Assembly: GCA_045535375.1 (NCBI GenBank) | Contig: JAZSLM010000039.1 | Coordinates: 9,701-73,700, forward strand | Source of the DNA: Eubacteriales bacterium | GTDB taxonomy: Bacteria > Bacillota > Clostridia > Oscillospirales > CAG-272 | Length of the DNA stretch: 64,000 bases | Direction of reading: 5' to 3' | In this document: positions 17,035 to 25,029 of the stretch, piece after piece | Numbering within the stretch: the first letter of the stretch is position 1 | Layout of the letters: each line of letters begins with the position of its first letter | Notes under the pieces: generated by a model | Told to the model about the DNA's origin: nothing | Seen by the model: only the letters and a program-made list of their open reading frames with translations | Database searches by the model: none | Position numbers and translations under genes: made by a program

Positions 17035-17182
17035 GTTTTTTCTCCTTTTGTTTTATTGTTAACTACATTATACACTTTGACGGTTACAAAAGCGGTTATA
17101 TTTTCACAAAAAAGCAAAAAAATCCTCGCAAATTAAATTGTTTTCTATTAAATGCTATTTCATCAAGTATAGTTGATTTTTC

Positions 17183-17211
17183 TTGACAATTCATCGTTTT
17201 GGTGGTAAAAT
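17183..17211 (+). promoter_or_regulatory. sigma-A type promoter
   Basis: TTGACA (17183-17188), 17 nt, TAAAAT (17206-17211). Confidence 0.6.
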
Positions 17212-17229
17212 ATTGTTGAGGTGATGATC

Positions 17230-18855
17230 ATGCTTCTTATAAATAAAAATATGCCCCTTGAGGCTTTACGAATACTAGAACAAGCGGCGGCAAGGCTGAT
17301 GGCTGTTCGATCTGTACCTGTCGGAGAGGGATTTCCTATTTCGCTTGAGATCGATCCCGCGCTTTCGGATGAACGTTATATTATAATATCGGAAGACAAC
17401 GGTTGCGCTCTGCGTGCGGCGGACTCGTTGGCGATCTTTGCCGCGTTCGGAAGGTTTTTGCGACTCTCGCGCTTTGACGGAAATGGCGGATTCGTGCCTT
17501 TCATAGGAAAACTTGATTTTACACCAAAGAAAAAACTGCGCGGCATGTATTTTGCCACGCATTTTGAAAATTTTTATCATTCCGCGCCGATAGAGAAGGT
17601 TTACGAGGTCATCGAGGACCTTGCCCTGCGCGGGTGCAACAGTCTGCTTGTTTGGTTCGATATGCACCACTTTGAATCAATGGAGGACGAAGGCGCTCAG
17701 GCTCTTGTAATGCGTTTGCGTGCGATCCTCGGCTATGCAAACGCCATCGGTATCGGTGGGTCGCTGACCATGATATCAAACGAGGGATTTTCCTCGTCGC
17801 CTGCAGAACTTCGAGCCGAATGGGCGGTGCAGAACGGCTATCACGCCGAGCCCGACTCGCATTATCACGTCGAGATCTGCCCCTCGAAGGAGGGCGGTAT
17901 CGAGGAGATCCTCCGCGCTCGCCGCGAGATGCTGTCGTATTTTGCCGATCTGAAGATCGATTACGTCGTTTATTGGCCATACGATCAGGGAGGATGTACT
18001 TGCCGGGACTGCGCACCGTGGGGAGCGAACGGTTTTCTCAAACTCTTGCCTCACTTCAAAGCGCTCGTTAAAGAAATGATGCCGAAAACGAAGGTCATCG
18101 TTTCGGCTTGGTATTTCGACCGATTCACGGCCGGTGAGTGGGAAGGCTTCACCGAGAGTCTAGGCGACGAAGTCTTTGACGACGTTCCGTATATTCTTTC
18201 ATTCTTTGCGAACGGCGAGCTGCCGCCGATTCTTTGTGAGCGAGGAATGCCCGAGGGCACCCGGTTCATCGAGTTCCCCGAGATCAGTATGTGGAGTTGT
18301 TCTCCTTGGGGCGGCTACGGTGCGAGCCACCTTGCAGGCTTTCTCGACCGCAACCACGCGACGGGAAAGAGTATATACAGCGGTGCGTACCCATATTCCG
18401 AGGGAATATTTGAGGACGCGAACAAGTTCATCGAGCTTGCTCTTTATTCGGGCGAGTGTGAAAGCGCGCTTGAAGCTCTGCGCGAGTATATGAGATTCGA
18501 ATTTTGTACCGACTCGGACGAGCTTTTCGAGGCGCTTCGTTTGACTGAAAATACTCTCGAGCGCAAACGCTCGCGCCCGGGCGACTATATCAAGGTCACG
18601 CTCGCCGATCCGAGTGCGGTAGAACAGATCCGCGAGGTATTTGAAAAGTACAACGCGTTCTTGCCCGAAAATATCACGTCATCGCGCAATTTCAGACTTT
18701 TCTACCTGCGTGCGCTGATCGATTCCGAGATCGTAAGAAACGAGGGATTTGCGATTCGTTCGGATATTTGTCAAAACGCGATGCGCGAGATAGATCAAAT
18801 ATATTTTGTAAATGAAAAGACCTGTCCGTGGGTACGTCCCGCGACGGGCAAGTAA
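17230..18855 (+). CDS. hypothetical protein, possibly a TIM-barrel glycoside-hydrolase-like enzyme
   Basis: ORF with GAGGTG SD. The layout (small N-terminal domain, then LRGMYFATHF...NSLLVWFDMHHF...WPYDQGGCTCRDCAPWG) is reminiscent of GH20-like/DUF4838-type proteins. Assigned from memory only. Confidence 0.35.
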   Translation: MLLINKNMPLEALRILEQAAARLMAVRSVPVGEGFPISLEIDPALSDERYIIISEDNGCALRAADSLAIFAAFGRFLRLSRFDGNGGFVPFIGKLDFTPKKKLRGMYFATHFENFYHSAPIEKVYEVIEDLALRGCNSLLVWFDMHHFESMEDEGAQALVMRLRAILGYANAIGIGGSLTMISNEGFSSSPAELRAEWAVQNGYHAEPDSHYHVEICPSKEGGIEEILRARREMLSYFADLKIDYVVYWPYDQGGCTCRDCAPWGANGFLKLLPHFKALVKEMMPKTKVIVSAWYFDRFTAGEWEGFTESLGDEVFDDVPYILSFFANGELPPILCERGMPEGTRFIEFPEISMWSCSPWGGYGASHLAGFLDRNHATGKSIYSGAYPYSEGIFEDANKFIELALYSGECESALEALREYMRFEFCTDSDELFEALRLTENTLERKRSRPGDYIKVTLADPSAVEQIREVFEKYNAFLPENITSSRNFRLFYLRALIDSEIVRNEGFAIRSDICQNAMREIDQIYFVNEKTCPWVRPATGK

Positions 18856-18901
18856 GCAGAATTGCTTACTTGCAACGAAATATTTCTCCTATCGGAAAAA
18901 T

Positions 18902-18999
18902 GTGAAATTTTGCTGCGCAAAGTGAAATCCGCGCTTTGCGCGAGTGAAATATTCCGCTGAATGCGGAATGTTAAGGAGGAAATTTGCTGAAGCAAATTT
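18902..18999 (+). repeat. array of GTGAAAT words, each followed by a different small palindrome
   Basis: GTGAAAT at 18902, 18922 and 18944, and GTTAAGG at 18970. Stems are tttgc/gcaaa, cgcgc/gcgcg, attccgc/gcggaat and aaatttgc/gcaaattt. Confidence 0.8.
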
Positions 19000-19039
19000 C
19001 AATTTAATTAAGATTATCGGACAAATATGAGGTAATAGT

Positions 19040-19966
19040 ATGAAATTAAGTTTGGAGCAGATCAAAGATTTGACCGTCGGCGCGGTCGACGTTGAGCAGA
19101 CAGATGACGGCATACATTTTTATAAGATGAAGAAATGTCAGGTCGAGGCGTTCTATGCGCTATCCGAAATCCTCGGATTCCGCGCGAAGACTACTACGGG
19201 CGTAAGACTCGATTTTGAGACCGACAGCAAATTCTTTGCCTTTGAAGTCAAAAGCGGTACGAAATTCGAGTATCTTATCGACGGAGCTTATCAGGGTACG
19301 GTTGCGATAGGTGACGATAAGAGTGCAAGGATCGAGCTTCATGCGCCCTGCCGTGTGACCCTCGTTTTCCCTTCGCACGAGATAGGTGTTATTGATAACG
19401 TCGAGCTTTCGGACGGGGCAAGCGCATCGCGCCATGTTTTCGATAAAAAGGTGCTTTTCATCGGCGACAGTATCACGCAGGGCTGGAATTCGGGCATCGA
19501 CACGCTTTCCTATGCTTACCGCACATCGCTTTCGCTGAATTACGACAGTGTAATTCAAGGCGTTGGCGGGGCATTTTACCACGCATCGACATTTGCCGAC
19601 AGCGGCTTCGACCCCGACGTCGTTATCGTGGCATACGGTACGAACGACGTCAGTCACTTCAAGACGAAGGATGAAATGGTCGAGCAGTTGAGAGCGTATC
19701 TCGGTATGGTCAAGGAGACCTACAAGCCAAGCAAGATATACGCGATCTCGCCGATATGGGTCTCGGGCGGCAGTGAGGAGAAGCGGATGGGCAATCTGTG
19801 GGAATGCTATGCGCTGATCGCCGACGAGATAGAGAAGTGCGGCGCCCGGCATATCAGAGGACTTGATTTGGTCCCGCACGAAAGACGCTTCTTTGCCGAC
19901 GACCTGCATCCGAATGCGGATGGATTTGCGGAGTATGCGGGGAATTTGGTGGAGATTTTGAAATGA
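19040..19966 (+). CDS. SGNH/GDSL-family hydrolase
   Basis: Block I FIGDSITQGW, block III GTNDV, block V DDLHPNADG. Confidence 0.8.
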   Translation: MKLSLEQIKDLTVGAVDVEQTDDGIHFYKMKKCQVEAFYALSEILGFRAKTTTGVRLDFETDSKFFAFEVKSGTKFEYLIDGAYQGTVAIGDDKSARIELHAPCRVTLVFPSHEIGVIDNVELSDGASASRHVFDKKVLFIGDSITQGWNSGIDTLSYAYRTSLSLNYDSVIQGVGGAFYHASTFADSGFDPDVVIVAYGTNDVSHFKTKDEMVEQLRAYLGMVKETYKPSKIYAISPIWVSGGSEEKRMGNLWECYALIADEIEKCGARHIRGLDLVPHERRFFADDLHPNADGFAEYAGNLVEILK

Positions 19967-20094
19967 GAGGGATTCTGAACCCACGGTTCGCGCATAATGT
20001 GGTGTGAAAATTTTATTCGGCGGTAGCGCGAACTCTATTATTGTTTCGCGGAGCGAAACAATAAGGGGTTCATCATCGATATCGCTCGGACATG

Positions 20095-20131
20095 AAAAAA
20101 CCGAGCACCGCGAAGCGGTACTCGGTTTTTT
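20095..20131. terminator. bidirectional terminator downstream of tRNA-Ser
   Basis: A6-ccgagcaccgc gaa gcggtactcgg-T6. Confidence 0.75.
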
Positions 20132-20133
20132 CA

Positions 20134-20225
20134 TGGCGGAGAGAGAGGGATTCGAACCCTCGTTGGGGTATTAGCCCAAACACGATTTCCAGTCGTGCGC
20201 CTTAGACCAGCTCAGCCATCTCTCC
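20134..20225 (-). tRNA. tRNA-Ser (anticodon GGA), CCA encoded
   Basis: The reverse complement GGAGAGATGGCTGAGCTGGTCTAAGGCGCACGACTGGAAATCGTG...GAGGGTTCGAATCCCTCTCTCTCCGCCA folds by hand as follows. 7-bp acceptor stem; anticodon stem CACGA/TCGTG with loop CTGGAAA; long variable arm; TTCGAAT T-loop. Confidence 0.9.
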
Positions 20226-20249
20226 ATGGCAGCTCGCGCTGACCCGTAT

Positions 20250-20278
20250 ATTATATCACAAACGAAGGAAAAAATCAA
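20250..20278 (-). promoter_or_regulatory. promoter of tRNA-Ser
   Basis: The reverse complement reads TTGATT (20278-20273), 17 nt, TATAAT (20255-20250). Confidence 0.55.
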
Positions 20279-20318
20279 TACCTTTTTCAAATATTTTTGA
20301 GATTTTTTAGACTTTTTC

Positions 20319-20347
20319 TTGATTTTTTTGTGTTTTTATGCTATAAT
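20319..20347 (+). promoter_or_regulatory. sigma-A type promoter of the riboswitch leader
   Basis: TTGATT (20319-20324), 17 nt, TATAAT (20342-20347). Confidence 0.6.
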
Positions 20348-20368
20348 ATGTTCAAACAAAAGAATAAA

Positions 20369-20607
20369 CACGGTTCATCTCGGGCGTTTTTGCTCGGTTG
20401 TCGGGCGGCGAAAGCCGTTCGGGGATAAGGAAACGGCGGTGAAAATCCGCGGCAACAGCCATTACCGTAACTGAAGCTTGCTTCTCAAGTCGGAATGCTT
20501 ATCGGACCGTGACACGCGAAAAACTCTTGGGCAATTTGGGAGAGTCGTGCGATCGGGATACGGGCAGGGTATCCCTTGTTCGGCACTCTCATTGGAGGGT
20601 GCTTTTT
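20369..20607 (+). promoter_or_regulatory. cobalamin (B12) riboswitch with terminator expression platform
   Basis: P1 cacggt (20369-20374) / accgtg (20506-20511). Core AAGGAAACGGCGGTGAAAATCCGCGGC; B12-box-like AAGTCGGAATGC. Terminator gcactctc attg gagggtgc + T5 (20583-20607), with a possible antiterminator gagagt upstream. The downstream DUF4430 lipoprotein and ECF S-component are typical B12-regulated cargo. Confidence 0.7.
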
Positions 20608-20628
20608 GCTTTATCCTTTTGAAATAGC

Positions 20629-20722
20629 CAATTGTAAAACTGCGTTTTACAATTGAGGCGCGCGGACTCGCCCGACTCGTCAAGGAGATGTTTTTTCAAC
20701 GGCAAAGCCGCCGAAAAAACGG
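20629..20722 (+). repeat. short copy (C) of the multi-hairpin intergenic repeat family
   Basis: caattgtaaaactgcgttttacaattg...ggcgcgcggactcgc...ttttttcaacggcaaagccgccgaaaaaac matches the ends of the copies at 48168-48316 and 28471-28619 and lacks their central hairpin. Confidence 0.8.
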
Positions 20723-20784
20723 ATCTTATTGAAATTCGCGGATATTTGCAATAGGCTGCTTTGAAAAAGAAAGGAAAAAGAAAA

Positions 20785-21264
20785 ATGAAAAAAACATTCA
20801 AATCGACACTCGCGCTGATGCTGGCGCTCCTTACGGCTCTCTGCCTCTTTGCTTGCAAGGACGGTGGTGCGGAAACTCCCGAAACGAGTGCGGGTGCATC
20901 CGTTGACGGCGGTGCTGTCACTCCCGATGGACTTTGGAAGGATGCAACTTATCTTGAAGATACCGAATTCGGCGAGGGAGCAAAGACTGTTAAGGTAAGA
21001 GTCATTGCGGAAGACAAGTCCGTTACTTTTACTGTCAAGACAGACGCAAAAACGCTCGGAGAGGCGCTCCTTGCGCACGGATTGATCTCGGGCGATATGG
21101 GCGACTACGGCCTTTACATCAAATTCGTCAACGGCATTCGCGCCGATTACGACCTTGACAAAAGATATTGGAATTTCACCAAAAACGGTGAATACATGAT
21201 GACGGGTGCCGATATGACCGAGATCGCGGACGGCGAGTGTTATGAGTTCACCTACTCAAAATAA
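20785..21264 (+). CDS. DUF4430-type (transcobalamin-like) lipoprotein, probable corrinoid-binding protein
   Basis: Lipobox LCLFAC. C-terminal YWNFTKNGEYMMTGADMTEIADGECYEFTYS fits the DUF4430 pattern (W.y.vNG....ga....l.dGD...f.y). It lies downstream of the B12 riboswitch. Confidence 0.7.
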   Translation: MKKTFKSTLALMLALLTALCLFACKDGGAETPETSAGASVDGGAVTPDGLWKDATYLEDTEFGEGAKTVKVRVIAEDKSVTFTVKTDAKTLGEALLAHGLISGDMGDYGLYIKFVNGIRADYDLDKRYWNFTKNGEYMMTGADMTEIADGECYEFTYSK

Positions 21265-21280
21265 TCGCGGCGTTCGCCGT

Positions 21281-21802
21281 ATGTCAAACCGTATTTTTGA
21301 AATAGTGCTGTTTGCCATGTTCGGCGCTTTGATGTTCACGTCGAAGATAATTATGGAGGCGATGCCGAATATCCACCTGCTCGGGATGTTGGTAATGCTT
21401 TGCACCGTCGTCTTTCGCGCAAAGGCTTTGATTCCGCTCTATCTTTACGTGATCGTTCAGGGAATATTTGCGGGATTTGCCCCGTGGTGGGTGCCTTATA
21501 CTTACGTCTGGGCGGTTCTTTGGGGCATGACCATGCTCCTGCCTAAAAATATGCCGCGAAAGGTTGCGATGATAGTATATCCCATTATTTGCTCGCTTCA
21601 TGGCTTTGCTTTCGGTATTCTCTATGCTCCCGGTCAGGCGCTGATGTTTGGATTTAATTTTGAGCAAACGCTCGCTTGGATAGCATCGGGGCTGCCTTTC
21701 GATATCATTCACGGTATCTCAAATATTTTCACCGGAATGCTCATTCTTCCGTTTTCCGAGCTGATCAAAAAGCTGCTCAGGCAATTCGGAAGAGGCAAAT
21801 AA
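21281..21802 (+). CDS. ECF-transporter S (substrate-capture) component, possibly cobalamin-specific
   Basis: About 173 aa with 5-6 TM helices, starting MSNRIFEIVLFAMFGALMFTSK as ECF S components typically do. Co-transcribed with the DUF4430 gene. Confidence 0.6.
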   Translation: MSNRIFEIVLFAMFGALMFTSKIIMEAMPNIHLLGMLVMLCTVVFRAKALIPLYLYVIVQGIFAGFAPWWVPYTYVWAVLWGMTMLLPKNMPRKVAMIVYPIICSLHGFAFGILYAPGQALMFGFNFEQTLAWIASGLPFDIIHGISNIFTGMLILPFSELIKKLLRQFGRGK

Positions 21803-21804
21803 AA

Positions 21805-21850
21805 GATCACGGTAGATTTTTGACTTGTCAAAAATCTACCGTGATTTTAT
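21805..21850. terminator. bidirectional terminator between convergent genes
   Basis: 19-bp stem atcacggtagatttttgac / gtcaaaaatctaccgtgat with flanking A/T runs. Confidence 0.8.
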
Positions 21851-21852
21851 TA

Positions 21853-23274
21853 TTATTTTGTAATTGCTTTTGCTGTCTGAACCGTTGTGGAGGGAATGAT
21901 GATATTTTCCGCGATCGCTTTCATAATTTTTGCGCGAAGCATATTTTCTGTTTCTCGTGCTTCCTCGGATGCGGCAAGGTTGAGCTGTTCTTCCTTATCG
22001 TTCTTACGGTCGAAGAGCATGTAGATCTCGCCGCGGTTGTTGACCATTGCCTTCCATTCCTCGTCCATATACATGATCTCGCCCGAGAGCTCGCTGAGAA
22101 CGTATTCGCGGGGCTTTTCTTCGGTGCCGTCGATGATGCCGCAGAGCGATTTGCCGCACTGAGGATAGTCGATAGTGCCGCCGCAGAGCTCGATGAGGGT
22201 GGGACCGACGTCGATGAGGCTGACGAGCGCCTCGGTCTTAATGCCGCCCTTGTCGATGGTTTCGGGTGTGCGGATGACGAGCGGTATGTTGAGCGCGCCG
22301 TCAAGGAAAGTGCGCTTGTTGACGAATTCCTGATCGCCGTTCATCTCGCCGTGGTCGGAGGTGAAGAGGACGACGGTGTTGTCCCATTCGCCGCGTGCCT
22401 TGATGACGTCAACGATCTTGCCGATCATCTCGTCGATCAGAGTGCAGTTTCCGCTGTAGTCGGCGCGGATCTCGGGCGCTTGCTCGGGCAGGCAGTGGAT
22501 CTGCGGCTTGTGCATACGGAAGTCGGTCTCGCCGCGGGGACGGTCGGGGTTTGCGTCCTTCATCACGGGCCGGGGCGCGGGCATATCTTCTTTTTTATAC
22601 ATACTTGCGTAGGGCTCGGGACTGTCCCAGGGTTCGTGCGGTCCGCCGAAGCTGACGTGGCAGAACCAAGGTTTGTCGCCCTCGTAATTCTTTAAGTAAT
22701 CAACGCCGCAGTTGCCGACGTAAACATCGTAGTATTCCTCAAGTGGCAGGGGCGAGGGCTTGGCAAAGGGAGTCTTGCCGCGCTGCTTGAGGTCTTTTTT
22801 GAAGGGCTCAAGCAGACCCTTTTCCGCCCAGCGCTCGGTCATGTGAGTTCTCGATTTACAGCAGGCGTGAGGACCCGTGATCTCGTCAACGGTATCGAAG
22901 CCGTAAGCGTCAAGCATCGGCTCGCGGGCGATAAAGTCGCCGCTTCCGCCGTGGATGTGTGTCTTGCCGAAAAGGGAGGTGGCGTATCCGAGCTCGCGGA
23001 GCTGCTTCGACCAGATATTTGCGTCGGGGGAGAGGATGAATTTTTCATTGTCCCAAGCGCCCGTGGTGTGCGCGTACTTGCCCGAGAAAAGTCCTATTCT
23101 CGCGGGAACGCAGAGGGGCGCGCAGGTCGAGCACTGCGTGAAAATGATGCCTTCGCTTGCGATAGCGTCAAGGTTTGGGGTTCTTGCAGGGCCGCCGACA
23201 CAGCTCATCCAGTCGCCGCGGAACTGGTCAGCCATTATAAACAGAACGTTCGGTTGTCTTTTTGCGTTACTCAT
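21853..23274 (-). CDS. Cys-type sulfatase (arylsulfatase family)
   Basis: NVLFIMADQFRGD plus the sulfatase signature C-V-P-A-R-IGLFSGKY (C/S-x-P-x-R). Confidence 0.85.
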   Translation of the reverse strand: MSNAKRQPNVLFIMADQFRGDWMSCVGGPARTPNLDAIASEGIIFTQCSTCAPLCVPARIGLFSGKYAHTTGAWDNEKFILSPDANIWSKQLRELGYATSLFGKTHIHGGSGDFIAREPMLDAYGFDTVDEITGPHACCKSRTHMTERWAEKGLLEPFKKDLKQRGKTPFAKPSPLPLEEYYDVYVGNCGVDYLKNYEGDKPWFCHVSFGGPHEPWDSPEPYASMYKKEDMPAPRPVMKDANPDRPRGETDFRMHKPQIHCLPEQAPEIRADYSGNCTLIDEMIGKIVDVIKARGEWDNTVVLFTSDHGEMNGDQEFVNKRTFLDGALNIPLVIRTPETIDKGGIKTEALVSLIDVGPTLIELCGGTIDYPQCGKSLCGIIDGTEEKPREYVLSELSGEIMYMDEEWKAMVNNRGEIYMLFDRKNDKEEQLNLAASEEARETENMLRAKIMKAIAENIIIPSTTVQTAKAITK

Positions 23275-23328
23275 ATCGTCCTCCGTGAGGTTTTGTTGAA
23301 TATATTATATCATATTTCTGTACGGCAG

Positions 23329-24813
23329 TCAACAGGCGCCGTTATTGATATTGCGAATTATTTCGGGAATAGACGCGACGGTATCGGAAGCAGTCATTGA
23401 TACCGCGCCCATTTTCGATTCGGCGATCTCTCCCACAGCGCCGTTTATGTAAGCGGCGAGGGCGGTGGCTTCGAGGGCAGAGGGGACATATGCGGCGGTC
23501 GCGGCAAGGATGCCGGAAAGGACGTCGCCGCTTCCCGCGGTCGCCATGCCCGCGCATCCGCGGTCGGTGATGTAGACCGTTTCGCCGTCGGTGACGATCG
23601 TTGACGGACCTTTGAGAAGCAAAGTACAGTTATATTCCTTGGCAAAAGCCTTGGCGTGATCGACGGGTGCGGAAAGGATATCACTTATCGACAGCCCGCT
23701 GATACGTGAAAATTCCATATTGTGCGGGGTCAGAATGATCTCGCAGGCGGCGTTCTTGAGGATGTCAGTGCCGAGGCGCGCGAGGGCGTTGAGTCCGTCG
23801 GCATCTATGATGAGCCTGCCCTTATAATTATTAATAAGGTAAGAAAGCGCTTTTTCGGTTTCGGGAGAAAGACCGATGCCCATACCGAAGGCGATAGTCT
23901 TTACTCTTGAAGCAAGCGCGGAGATCTCGGATTCGCTATAAACCACCTGGCCGTCCTTGTCGGAGAGGGGATAAAGGGTAGCTTCGAGGATATTGGGGAT
24001 GATATATGGAGATATCGAATCGGGGACGGCAAGCATAGTGACGCCCGCGCCCGCTCGCATCGCGGCGTTTGCCATAGCTGCGAGGCGGATTGCTCCGCTA
24101 TACTTCTTCGAGCCGCCGATGAGGGCAACGTAGCCGTATGTCGATTTGTTCGAGAAATTCTTGCGTTCGGGCAGAGGTGACGGTTCGTAGAGATAATATG
24201 GCGCGTCGATCGGCTTGATTCCGATATCAAGATTTACTTTGCTTTTTATAACGTCCTTTGCCTTGTTAAGAAAATGCCCCGGTTTGAACGAGCCGATCGA
24301 GCAGGTCAGGTCGGAGAGCGCGATCGTCTCCCCCATCCCCGTGTCGCCGTTCATACCGCTGTTGATATCGACGGAAACCTTGTATGCCGACGAAGCGTTG
24401 TATTTTTCAATGACAGTCTTCGCAAGACCTCGAGCCTCACCCTTGAAGCCCGTGCCGAAAATACAGTCGACGAGTGTGGAGAAGCGCGAAAGATCGACTT
24501 CTTCCGCGCATATCTCATAAGGAATATTTTTCTCGACGCATTTGTCAAAATAGTATTTTCCGTCGGGCGAGAAGCGTTCTTCAAGGAGAAGGAGAGCGCA
24601 TTCGATGCCTCGCTTTTTCAGCTCGAGCGCAATGACGTAGCCGTCGCCCGCGTTGTTACCGACACCGCAGACGATGCCCACGGGCGCACGCCATTCGACC
24701 GAATCCGCAACCGCCTTTCCTGCGCGGTACATAAGCTCAAGACTCGGCACCTCGGTCGCGATCGTGTGCGCGTCGCTTTGACGCATATTTTCTACCGATA
24801 GAATTTCTTTCAT
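23329..24813 (-). CDS. nnr: bifunctional NAD(P)H-hydrate repair enzyme (epimerase + ADP-dependent dehydratase)
   Basis: N-terminal YjeF_N part (CGVGNNAGDGY) and C-terminal carbohydrate-kinase part (GGS..YSGA, GSGDVLSG). Confidence 0.85.
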   Translation of the reverse strand: MKEILSVENMRQSDAHTIATEVPSLELMYRAGKAVADSVEWRAPVGIVCGVGNNAGDGYVIALELKKRGIECALLLLEERFSPDGKYYFDKCVEKNIPYEICAEEVDLSRFSTLVDCIFGTGFKGEARGLAKTVIEKYNASSAYKVSVDINSGMNGDTGMGETIALSDLTCSIGSFKPGHFLNKAKDVIKSKVNLDIGIKPIDAPYYLYEPSPLPERKNFSNKSTYGYVALIGGSKKYSGAIRLAAMANAAMRAGAGVTMLAVPDSISPYIIPNILEATLYPLSDKDGQVVYSESEISALASRVKTIAFGMGIGLSPETEKALSYLINNYKGRLIIDADGLNALARLGTDILKNAACEIILTPHNMEFSRISGLSISDILSAPVDHAKAFAKEYNCTLLLKGPSTIVTDGETVYITDRGCAGMATAGSGDVLSGILAATAAYVPSALEATALAAYINGAVGEIAESKMGAVSMTASDTVASIPEIIRNINNGAC

Positions 24814-24906
24814 AATTTCACCTGTCTGAGGTTTATATTTATTATATTGTATCATATATCGTCTGTTTTGTAAAGAGAAATGTGATATAATACTTTATCT
24901 TTCTTG

Positions 24907-24935
24907 TTGACAACTTGATTCATATATGATATACT
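24907..24935 (+). promoter_or_regulatory. sigma-A type promoter
   Basis: TTGACA (24907-24912), 17 nt, TATACT (24930-24935). Confidence 0.55.
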
Positions 24936-25029
24936 ATAATCAATAAAACGACAAAGGAGTTGATTATTATGTCTGCATTGTTTTCTATTAATCCTTTTCA
25001 CACCAAACTTAAACTAAATAGGAGATATA

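Noticed and set aside
20134-20225. tRNA-Ser as a possible integration site of a genomic island or prophage.
   Set aside because: No integrase, no direct repeat of the tRNA 3' end and no phage-like genes on either side. The neighbouring B12-uptake module and SGNH hydrolase look chromosomal.
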